This document shows, one piece after another, positions 14,245-25,369 of a DNA stretch of 64,000 nucleotides; the first letter of the stretch is position 1; each line of letters opens with the position of its first letter. A program made the position numbers and the translations under genes. The notes under the pieces are model-generated. The model made no database searches, had not been told where the DNA came from, and saw nothing but the letters and a program-made list of their open reading frames with translations. This stretch comes from Cystobasidiomycetes sp. EMM_F5 (Eukaryota), in contig JBPGPT010000001.1 in assembly GCA_051047955.1 (NCBI GenBank), forward strand, positions 496,001-560,000. Direction: 5' to 3'.

Positions 14245-14947
14245 ATGGCGCAATTCATCCAAGATCATACCGTAGTAGTGATTGGAAACAAGCAAGCTGC
14301 CAAGGCTGCTGCACCAAAAATCACCGAGGCCAAGAAGACTGGGTCGGCCGGTCTGTCAGCAAAGCTTGACAACCAGACGGCTGCCAAATTGGACGACAAT
14401 GAAGTAAAGGCTCCGAAAACCATCGGAATCGACGTCGGAAATGTAGGCAGGATTTGTTTGGCAGATTCGCAAGCAAGCTAAGTCTTACATGCGTTCATTT
14501 CCCCTTGCTCAGGCGATACAGCAAGCACGGATGGCGAAAGGGTTGAAAACCAAAGATTTAGCTGATCAGCTGGCTGTCCAAGTGGGTCTTGAGTAGACTG
14601 GAATTTTGCGGAAAAGATAAAGCATTTTGAATACGCAGAAGTCCATCATCACAGATTTGGAGTCGGGCCGGCACAAGCACGACAACAAATTGCTCCAACG
14701 TCTGGAGAACAAGCTGGGCGTTTGGCTCACTGGCGACTCTGAACGTCTCGGTCAGCCCAAAACACGAGAAAGTAAAACCAGTAAAGCGGCTACGACACCT
14801 GCTAAGGCTGCCACATCCAAGAAATCGAAGGTTGAGGCGAAAGAGGATGACAAGAAGATCGTGGAGGATGGTACAGATGAACAAGAGGTTGCTAGCACGG
14901 AGGTAAACAATGAAACAATCGAAGGTCATTCGTATGAAACGAGTTAG
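14245..14947 (+). CDS. Multiprotein bridging factor 1 (MBF1)-like HTH protein, divergent, three exons
   Basis: Spliced product ...TAAKLDD...VGN|AIQQARMAKGLKTKDLADQLAVQ|KSIITDLESGR...LQRLENKLGVWLTG follows the MBF1 N-domain plus HTH_3 layout. Introns near 14443-14512 and 14582-14638. Confidence 0.78.
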
Positions 14948-15135
14948 ACGATTTTTCGGCATTGGACCTTGCAAGCCTTAGCCGGTGGAGACGATGTACC
15001 CTATCGTATTAGTCACTGTGGAGGTTGTAAACGCATGCATCAGTCTGTCGAGTTGGGGCAGATTTAGAGCTGCAGGTACTACGAACTTCCGCTTTGGCTC
15101 TTTGACTTCCGTCACGGAGGTGACAAACGACCAAT

Positions 15136-15652
15136 ATGGCTGCAATGTCTGGATCATGTCAGTGCGGTAGTGTCACGTTCCAGAGCAAATCGACTCCAGA
15201 TTCACTGGCAAATTGCTATTGTCGGACATGTGCGAAACTGCACGGGGCTCGTACGCTCAGCGTATCATATGGGTCGGATCGAGCGAAACTGATTTGTGGG
15301 ACATACATGATGCATAAATGCAGCCTTTGCGACATTCGCAGAAGTGCCCGACGTCGATGTGACCTGGTCTGGCGAGCGGCGAGAAATCAGCCTGCAAGGC
15401 AGCGATAAAGCTACGAGGTGGTTTTGCAGCCAATGTCACAGCCCTCTCGCAATGAAGTACGCTGCAGACGACGTCCTCTACATCGTAGCTGCTGCGATAG
15501 ACGAGAGCTCTGTCGGGAAGCCACTTCCACAACCGTCGCAACACATCTTTGTGAGAGACAAGGTTGCTTGGTATGAGATACCAGAGGGAACGGGCATACA
15601 AAGGGACACCTTCTCTCCTAAATGGCTAGAGCAGCATCCGGACTTCAAGTAG
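15136..15652 (+). CDS. GFA/CENP-V (Mss4-like) zinc-binding protein
   Basis: GSCQCGSV...CYCRTCAKLHG, RWFCSQCHSPL and HIFVRDKVAWY motifs; one intron near 15251-15323. Confidence 0.88.
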
Positions 15653-15934
15653 TCAAAGATAGCCACAAAGGACAATACAGTCAGTTGTTGCATGACGACA
15701 CATCTGGCTCAGAAACAAAACAACATGTAAAGTATCCACGATGATGCGATGCTCGCGACCCTGACGCATCGTGTAGGGCGTAGCTAGGATGGCATTATGA
15801 TAGACGGAAAGGCTTGTATGCCACGGAAAACCTGTGAGTAATGCCTTGCATAGTCGTGACTCAATCGGAAGCAGGTCTATGCAGATTTACTGCTTTTAGA
15901 TTTAGTTATATACAAAGAGCATTCATTTCGAGGC

Positions 15935-18154
15935 TTACGAATCATGCTTGTGATGCTTCTTGTAGACGACTCCATGCGACAAGAGCAAGTAGACTGATGC
16001 AAGCGTGTCAGCGGAAATGTCGACAAAGTCAGCAAGACTCACGTCTGAAGCATAGAAGAGCAAACGAGTCCTCCTCGAGCTCCTTCGGGTAGTCTGCCCC
16101 AAGGCGGTACGCTGCTGCTGTACCAGAAATGACAGCGAGCTCATGCGCATTGACAAGAGTTCACGCTGCTGCGTATGTAGTATGCTTCTTTCCATTGAGA
16201 AGCCACATCCAGGGCACGACCTTGACGTAGCTGAATGTCCAAATATGTCAAAATTCGACATGCAGCGGTTCGGGACAAGGGACATTGCTTACTGCGTCCA
16301 TGAATGGCACAGCTGATGCCACCAGTCCTCACGGATAATCTTGTCTTTTCGTATCTCGTGACGTGACCATGTCTCCTCATGCTTTTTGTTAAGGAAAATT
16401 GTCTGGAAAATATGGTCCTCAAATGGCTTCTTTTGCTCTTTGAGCTGGTATTGAAAGTTGCTGCAATCAAAGCACATTTCCAGCTTCCGGGCATCGGCCG
16501 GAACATTCTTGATGAGATACATGCTGTTTGTATGCGCTGTCAGATAACAGCTCCGCCAACATGCGCTCATGCAGCACGAACTCACGGGTTGAATTCGTCT
16601 TTGCCTCTATCGGTCCTGTCCGAATCATCTCTTCCATTCACCGTCCTTACAGCTTGTTTCTCATCAAAGTGTGTTGTATACCATTTCTTCATGTACTCGG
16701 TGTCGGTGTGTGTTACTGTGATATCATCTGACCATTTTGCGCTACCTAAGACTTTCTTGTCGATCCATCGCCCTGTCTTGCCAAGCAGGCGTTTCGCAGT
16801 GTCGGCCAGGCAGCACAGCACAATCTCGTCATACTCTTCCTCGTGCAGCGGCATGTCCAGATCGAATCCGTCTTGCACGGTAGGAATATGTCCATCTTCT
16901 GTTGGACGTCTTTCCCTTATTTGCACTTTAACACCCTTGTCGGACCGCTGTGTAATAGCTGCAACCTCTGTGCGTAAACGAATCTTGACACCACGCTCTT
17001 CCAGCTTGCGCTGCCAATTTGTGTAGAATTTGGTTTCTTCGGGGAAGACAACCATTGGTGGCAAGTTAGAAGAGAGCGATTTATTATCGACCGGGTACCC
17101 TAAATCAGTATGGAGTATTCAGCGTGATGACATGACATTTTCTATTGACACAAGATGCTCACACATTCCGTAGGTCGGGCTTGTGTATAGCCGCTCCATC
17201 ATGATTGTGGGAAGATCAGGGGTAGCATTACCGGTACCAAGGAAGAGAGCGAGCCTGATAAGTCACACATAAGTCTATCGTACGTGTCCATACAGCCCGA
17301 CCGAGGCCTACGCAGGGTAGATCATGAAATTCATAAAGCTGCCAATGTGAAGAAATCAGCATGTCGTACCGCTTATTCGGGAATAAATGTAGAACGCACT
17401 CGTCCGAGAAAAACCACATCTTGAGACTGACTTTGATGGGAATGATTGCCCAGAAAATTTCGGTCCACCGCATAACCTTCATCGCTCGCTCAAAACGCTT
17501 GATCTCCTTAGCGTGCTTGACTTGTAACTCGGTTGGAAATAGGTTTGTCCAAAACTAGGGAGGTCAAGATCCAGATGGAACAACATTAGCCGCTTCCTCG
17601 TTGTCTCCAGCTGAAGTGATGTCCGTACAGTTCCGTTTTTGCCGAATGAAACTTGTAAATCGACTCTGTAGAATGTGTTTAATCAGATTGAGCTTGACAT
17701 ACGGTCTTGGAGAGGAGCTTACGGCTGTGCTGGTATGTCTGCATACTTCTCGAAGAGTCGGCTGTCGTGGAGCAGACGGATAGTTGGGGTTAGTCGATAC
17801 GCGCCGTCTGGAACCAAGGCCCAATATGGGGACAGCTTACAAAGTGTGATGATAGATGTAGCTTCCACCCTGAACACCTTGATTCATCCATTTTGCTCCA
17901 TATTTCTTCTCGTCAATAGGTATGCTGAAGGCTTGTCCGCCACAATAATCCTGAGGCTCGACCAAGGTAACATCGAATCTGTCTGGGTGCATAGACAGCT
18001 GGTCGGTGCACGACATGCCTGCGAATTCAGTCCCGTCATCATATTGATAGCGTTTTTGTCAGGTCTGGGGTACCATTTACAGCACGATCGCAAGCTCACC
18101 AGCAGCACCTGCTCCCACGACTAACACGCGCTTCTTCTTCTGTAACGGTGCCAT
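15935..18154 (-). CDS. FAD/NAD(P)-binding oxidoreductase (amine-oxidase-like), multi-exon, function unknown
   Basis: N-terminal MAPLQKKKRVLVVGAGAAG Rossmann motif, GGQAFSIP...MNQGVQGGSYIYHHT, YDEIVLCCLAD, WWHQLCHSW and SWTLVNAHELAVISG near the C-terminus. Confidence 0.8.
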
Positions 18155-19142
18155 GCTTTGGCTTCAGTTATTGTATGTTGGAGAGGGATGTCTTCTTTAT
18201 AACAAAAAGCAACCCGCTTTCATGCACTTTGCATCGTAGACTTCGCTGACGGCATATAGTTATCGATGCAGCCCAGCGATTTGTCGATCAAGGCTGTCAG
18301 AAGCCCACTGACGCAGCATGGCGCGTACACAGATCGCCAACAAATCAACAATGAGACTGGGAGGATGCTCAGTCGACGCCAACCTCGTCCACGCTGTCTC
18401 GAGCATGCATTCATACTGATGTCGCGGCCTTTGCGTCGTTTCTGTACTAACGGCCTTCAATGGCTCACGATGCTGCACATCTCGAATTGAAATGCCAGGC
18501 TCACTTACAGGTCATACTACCAATGTCTCTCCACAAGTACACCGCTCTACGCCATGCGCACAGTTCCGAGATTACGACATTCCGGCAAAACTAACGACAT
18601 GGCCGCCATAGCATCAGGAATCGCACCGGAAGCCAGCTTGCTGACCATAAAATCTGTAGCAAGGCTGCCTTATCCGTTTGATTGGCTGCGGCGACGAGCC
18701 GGTGTCTACCATTACTGAGGTCCCAATGTCGCGTAAAGAGGTCATTCACTGCGTCCAAACAGTCCCTACCGAGCGAGCTTCTCAACTCCTGCGGCCGTAG
18801 GTGTACTTTCTGTACATACGTAATATAGCTAGCATACTACAAATCGTTCACGAGTCTGTCATGTCACCCGCTAGCTGCATTCGTTGTGGCACGCCCCAAA
18901 GCCTGTTTTTCGTTTGCAAATGTGAAGTTTTGAGATCTTTTCGAGACAAACAAACAGACAATCTGAAGCTGGACACGCTGATTAAATAGGGCATAGAGGT
19001 CTGAAACTGCTGGCAGTAATTGCAGTACCGGAGCAGGCAGTCAGCACGGTCTGGAACGCTGGCTGGTCCGTGTCGAGCTTCGGTCGCGTCGGATTGTCCC
19101 AAAACTCGGGCTAGTCGAGCTCGCGGACCTGGGCGGTAGTCC

Positions 19143-22100
19143 ATGTCTACTGTCGCGCGGAGCAGTACATCGACGTCGAGTACTGCCGCTATTACCAACT
19201 ATTCCAGTCCATCCGCAAACACCATTCTCAGCAATCCTGGCGCTGCCGGCATATCATCGGCAGGTCGTCTTGCGGCCGCCTCGCCCGAGCAAGCCTACGG
19301 GATGAGCAGTGTTCGCAGCGCTATCAACCAAGTAGGCACCGGCTCTCTTGTTAGTCCAGCTGGTGGCTTGCTAGAAGGAAACGTGTCACCACTGTCGGTT
19401 TCGCCAGCTCGATATTCAGCAAATGGTCACGGCGCCCCTTTGGCAGCCCAAACATCGGCAACTGTGACGACCACAGAGCACAGCAATGCGAACTCTAGCA
19501 TGGCTGCTGCACCAGCCAGAACGTCGTCGTCTGCAGCCCCCGCCGCTGCTCAGCCGCGCAATCCGCTAATTGATCTCATTGAGACTGAACGCGCCTATGT
19601 GGACGATCTGGCAATGGTGATCAAGGTGCGTTGCGAGGACCGTATGTCCTGTACGTATGTGATGTTTGCGGCTGAAAAATGCCACCAATCTTTCGACGAC
19701 GACAGAAAGTGGCAGCAGCATGGTCACGTTCAAACTTTCCGCCTCCAGCACTCGACAAGCTCTTTCGAGCGATAGAAGCCGTCTACAGGATCGACAAGCA
19801 GTTTCTCGTAAAACTGAACGATATTGGCCCGAGTCCCTCGAGTCCGAAAGCTCTAGGAGATTTGCTCATGCGATGGGTATGCCAGAACTCCTCGCGCTTG
19901 TACATGCGTGATGACGAGCTGATTGTCCTTGCCCATGACTAAATACTTCCAGGTGGATGAATTGGACCCTGCCTACACGAAATATGTCGCTGCTTACCAT
20001 GTGAAATTCGACTATTGGAAACCAGTTCAATCTAATCCAAACCTCGCCCCAGTTCTACAGGCATTACCACCACCAATTTCCACATCATCAGCCTCTACGC
20101 CATCATCATCGCATGCCACGCTCGACATTCTGTTTGCACTTCCGCTTGACCGCTTGGAATATTACAAACGCTTATATGCCAAACTGCTCAAATCGACACA
20201 ACCCGGCAAATCAGATCATTCTCTGCTCGTAACGGCCAATGAGAAGTTGGACTCGCTGCTAGAGCAAGGGAGATTGGCCGCAACTCGCGCAGTAGGAGAT
20301 CCGCTGCAAGGCAACGCCATAGACGACGATCCAAATGCAACGGTGGTGCCTGAAGCCAATGTTGCGCCTCGGAGTAGGCAAAATTCGACAATGTCTCCTA
20401 GTGGAAATGGCGTCACATCCCCACCGCAATCGCTGCAAACAAGCCTGCCGGTTTCGCAGTCCAGTACGGGGCCAGGTTACCCGAGATCTGCTGCCGACAC
20501 GTCAGATAGAAGCACCCCTCAGACGACGCTCCACAATGTCAATCACACGCCCTCCGACACTGCGCCCCATATCCCGTCATCGAACTTGCTTGATATTGAA
20601 ACTCGGCTAGACACTAGCCAGTGTCTCGATATCTTTACCATGCGAGCCAAAGTAGGCAGTCTCCGGCTCCCTACCGAATGCTACTAATCTGACTCATCAC
20701 TCTTCTCAACCAGAAATGCAAATTACAAATCAGTCCGCCTGGTTTGGCTTTTCAGAGATCATTGCGGCAGAGTGGGCCGGTGCAGACATCATTCATTCCC
20801 TCCTCTGATCCTTCTAGACGCGAAGTCTTTAGTCCGGAAGCTTTCATCTATCTACTTTCTGATCTATTCCTGATTTGCGAAGCCATTCCGCTACCGCTAC
20901 ATGCGCAACCCCGGACAAACCCAAACGCAGACATGTGGTTAAAGTACCCCCCGCTGGCTGCAAAGCACCTCCGATGTGCTCGAATCGACGATCAACTAGG
21001 CACGGCACTTGAAGTGGAGATTATGAGGAAGGAGAAGATAGTCGTTATATGCCAGAGTCGGGAGAAAAGGGAAGAATGGCTTTCAAATCTGTCAGAAGCG
21101 ATAGCCTTTCAGGGCCCATCACGTACGTACCTTCTTTGCTGCGGTGAGCCGGTGCTAATGTAGCCTACCAATCTTGCTTCACGACAGAAGGATTGCGTGT
21201 CAATACGTCAGACTTAGCGAGGAGCGGGACGTCGGTTTCATCTGTATCGCAAGCCAGCAGTAGCGGAATGCCTCATCTCACTCCCTATACCAATTCTAGC
21301 TCTGGTCAAAGCAGTTTTGCTCCCAGCCTACCACCTCTGCCTCTTTCGGCAACACAGGCTACCTTTTCTTCGCCCACACCGTCTCGGTCGCAAACACCAG
21401 TCGATGGCCTTGGCCGGCCACTTGACCCGAGGCACGTACATTCTACAACGCCTGATAGTGCTCAAGGCCGAATATCGCCCTTTTCCGCTGGATCTGGTCC
21501 ATCGTCGGCATATCCGATGCAATCGTATCCCGTCTCTCAGCAGGCCGCACTACGTCCTTTGCCGTCTTCACCTCATGGGATGCCCTCACCAGGACAAGGT
21601 CAATTCCACCGGTTACCGAATATGCAGAGTCTACCTCCAGGATCTATACAAGGACATGGCCAGCCGTATTCTCAAGACCCGTACCAAGCCGAATCGAATT
21701 CGCAACCCCCTTCTGCGTACCCAAGTCGAAGTCCGTACCAAGGGCATGCACCCATGCCGCAGTCTCACTCTTTGCCGCCGTTACCGCCCGGAAGCATGCA
21801 TCCGACAGATCCGTCACAAAGATTCAGTTCAACAAGGTCGCATGCCTCACAAGGATCTCGGTCATCCAGGAGCAATACCACCTCGCCTTATCCGGGAGGT
21901 GGACCTATGCCTTCCCTGCCTTTCAAGGACCCTTCGATGGCGTCTCTCGCATTTGGCATGCCACCTTCCAACATGCACAGTGGGTACCTCACTTCGCCAG
22001 AGGATGTCGCCCCGGCACAATCCATGCATCGATCACGATCAGCTGATGGCTTACGCAATGAGCAATATCGTATGCCTTCGTCAGTGTTAAAGGAGTCTCT

Positions 22101-22599
22101 GCGCGGCAACTCAATGCCGTCGGCGCAAAGTTCTAGTAGCGCCCGGCGACCCAGCCATGCTCAATCTCTACCTGGCAGTCGCATGAACAGCGGGTATCTT
22201 CCTCCGCAGGATGACGACGATAGTCCGCCAAGCAGTCCGAAACGTCAAGAGGCCGTCTTGTCGCAGCTAGCCGCGCAGATGAAATGCAAGGTGTTTATAC
22301 AACAAGCGCACGGGCAGTGGAAGAGTCTGGGTACGGCGCGGTTAAAACTGTATCTTCAAACTGACAACCGGAAACAGCTGGTTGTGGAAGATAACAAGCA
22401 AGTCCTCATCTCGACAATTGTGCTCGACGATGGAGTTGAGCGCGTTGGCAAGACTGGAGTCGCGGTCGAGATCAGTGACAATGGCAGTCGTACGGGTATC
22501 GTCTATATGCTGCAGATGAAGACGGAACAGTCTGCTACTGGACTGTTCCAGCAACTGCTCCTTGGATCCTCACGAGCATCTGCGATTGTACCGAGATAA
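19143..22599 (+). CDS. Dbl-homology (RhoGEF) plus PH domain protein with a C-terminal RanBD/PH-like domain
   Basis: NPLIDLIETERAYVDDLAMVIK and LFALPLDRLEYYKRLYAKLL (DH); FIYLLSDLFLICE...WLKYPPL...EEWL (PH); a Pro/Ser-rich linker; terminal KCKVFIQQAHGQWKSLGTARLKL domain. Confidence 0.8.
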
Positions 22600-22786
22600 T
22601 TTTGCAGGCGAGCGCGTAATGACGCAGTCAGTCCCTACGCGCTTGCTCTCATGTAGCATCTTTCCGTAGATACCGCGTCGCCATTGTCATCGTCATCTAC
22701 AGGAATGCGTACCGGTCCTGCTGTTACTGACTGTCCTCTGACAATGTTTGAGATGGGCGTGGTCGAATTCGGCTAATACTTCGCAG

Positions 22787-22831
22787 CATGTGTGTGGACT
22801 TCATGTGTGTGGACTTCTTGTGTGTGAACTG
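22787..22831. repeat. Short 15-bp tandem repeat, three copies (CATGTGTGTGGACTT twice plus one degenerate copy), between convergent 3' ends
   Basis: Directly visible: catgtgtgtggactt catgtgtgtggactt cttgtgtgtgaactg. Confidence 0.8.
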
Positions 22832-22833
22832 AG

Positions 22834-24486
22834 TCATAACGGTGTCAACCGAGGCACGTAGGATAGCATAGGTATCCATCGCCACCATTCCTTTAAACGA
22901 CTAATGTATTAGCTTGATTGCCAGTATGCCCTCAGCTGACTCACCCATGTCGTTGGCATAGGCATGTGAGTGATCAGGTCTCGACCGATCCTTGGAACCA
23001 GGGGACGGCTCAGATTGTGCACGGCAAACAAAACTTTGTACGTACCACGCATGCGCTAAGCCTCCGGCAGGATAAGCTAGCATTGCAACGATCCACATGC
23101 GACCCAGCCAGCCGCCTACGCTGCGACCAGTCGCCTGTGAGAAGATCTGCTCTGCCACTAATCCGATACCTTGCAGCATAAAGAAACGCAGAGATGCCAA
23201 AGATCGATCGAATGGTAATTCGATAGTAGCAAAATAGATCGCTGAAGAATATAGTCATCAATGCCGAGATGCGCAAATTGTGACGAAGATTGTCAGTCCC
23301 CACCGGATTCGTGCAATATCCCTGAAGCTAGGAAGGCTCCCATAACGCCAAACAATGTCGAAACCTGGGATCCTAGCCTTTGTGTCGCATAGCGAGCCGG
23401 CTTATATCCTGTCACTACGAATGCTCGGCGAAGGATGCTGGAACAGTACCACATGCGTTAGTCTGTTGACAGTGTACGCCTCTTTTGACAGCTTACGAAT
23501 GCCATCGGTACGTCCAGAAATCAGCCAGGTTGTCGCTCACAAGCGGATTGCGTAACAAGGGCGGCCAAGCTCTTGGATTGAAGGGAGCAGGCTTGAAAAT
23601 TTCCGGCAGAAGCGGTAACTTCTGTAAAGTCGCTGTACCGAGTTTTGCGAACAAGGCCAGACACGCATACGCCAGATCGAGAAAATTCCACACGGCGGAT
23701 CCAAAGACGATACCAAGGCATATACGAGACATGATGCTTTGCAACGGTAAACCAGACACTCCGAGACTGCGAAGAAAGTCCGATTCCGAGCTTCGAAAGT
23801 ATATTTGACAGGCCGTTATGGCCAAGATAAGCAGGATGTGGGCGCGCAGTACCATGAACAGGTATTCGCGAATGAAGTTTTGCGGCGTGAACGATTGCGG
23901 TATCAGCTGTCCCTTGATGCCCCAATCATAGCCTATTCCGCGAAGCCTGGTGTATAGGGAAACGTTACGATAGTCTGCGTAGAGGTGAAACATCTGCAAC
24001 TCACGTGGAAGCCTGACAGAGCCCAAACCACAGACTTGCCCAGCCAAAAGCAGGTGCCGAATCAGTTTCCGAGCGTCCAGCATTTGCACTGCCATCGACA
24101 GCCCTCAAGTCCGTGTTCCGCTGATTGCTCGAATGACCCTTCTTCCTGGCCTTGTCGGCTTCATCGTAGCCTATCCACTGTAACCGATCTTTGGCTAGCC
24201 CATACTCTATGGCACGAGCGGAGAGGGAAGGACAAGCGACGTTCTTTATAAAATTGTACGCACGAAAAGCCGGACGGGGAGTGAAGTCCATTTCAGGGCG
24301 TAGAAGTATAAGGATAGCATAATATATGGTGATGGGAGCTAATGCAAGCCTGAGAAAGCGAATGGTAGGTGTTTGCTTCGGATGAAGCAGTACGGCCTGG
24401 AGGTACAGCGGAAAGATAGCGTGAAGGATGTGCCAGCTGGGGAGATGAGGGTAAGCATAGAGGCGTAAGTATTGCAGAAGTGTCAT
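22834..24486 (-). CDS. Membrane-bound O-acyltransferase (MBOAT_2, wax-synthase-like), multi-exon
   Basis: Multiple hydrophobic segments, LFxxRGIGYDWG, WPPLLRNPLVSDNLADFWTYRWH, FFMLQGIGLVAEQ, VGGWLGRMW. The end was reconstructed as EWWRWIPMLSYVPRLTPL-stop and is approximate. Confidence 0.82.
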
Positions 24487-25369
24487 TATGCATGGGAATC
24501 GAGCAAAAGCAGACTTCTAAGGGTCTCTGTGGCGCATGTCTTTGTCTTTCGTCAGTCAAGCTTGCAGTTCAATGGCTGACACAGTCAGCTGTCGCCATGC
24601 ACACGGGGTCTTGAGCTGCTCACTGCGACAACTGTACGATGGGCCTCTATGAAACTGACTGCCGCCGTCCATAGGTGCTGCTTATCGACATCCGCTAGCG
24701 TGTCCAACGGGTGAAGGCATCACCACGACCATGCTGCCATCACACTGCGGATACAGAATTAATGATAGAGACACTCGCACGCCGCTGGTCGTAATCTGCC
24801 CTGCTGATGCCATCCAATGCATTCTGCGAGAGGGCCTTGCTGTACTTGACGTCGGCAATAACCTACTTCTCACTCACATTTGTGGCCCGGGTACAGAGGC
24901 TCTGAGTTCAAGATGACGGGGTTGTCGCTGACTTGTTTGACAACGCATGCCACTTTCTACAGCGACTCCTGCTTGCGACCTGGTCACTGTGGCTCACAAA
25001 TCTGATCTGTCGAGATTCGATTTCGCAGCTGCGACACGGCAATAAAAGGTGCATAACACGGCTCTCAACAGCTTCATCTGACGGCGGAGACACCGTTTCT
25101 CCTTCTGCTGCAGGATGTTTAGCATCAGCATCCCCGATTAACCAAGTCTGATCACGTGAGGTATGACCGCATTCCATGGTGGAACAAACAACAAAAATTC
25201 GGCTGGCGTGCACGGCATTCAGGCCAACGGATGGAGTTAGGGATCCGTATCCCCGACATGAGTTGGGAAGACCGTCCATCCAGCTTGCGTTCCGCTTCGC
25301 TTTGGATTCGCCGTTTCCGCATCCTGACCTTGCTGCCATTCAGCTTGTCCAATTGATCTCAAATCCACC

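Noticed and set aside
21317..22090. 257-aa alternative-frame ORF inside the RhoGEF gene
   Set aside because: Shadow of a Pro/Ser-rich coding region with few stop codons in other frames; TTG start and no recognisable motifs.
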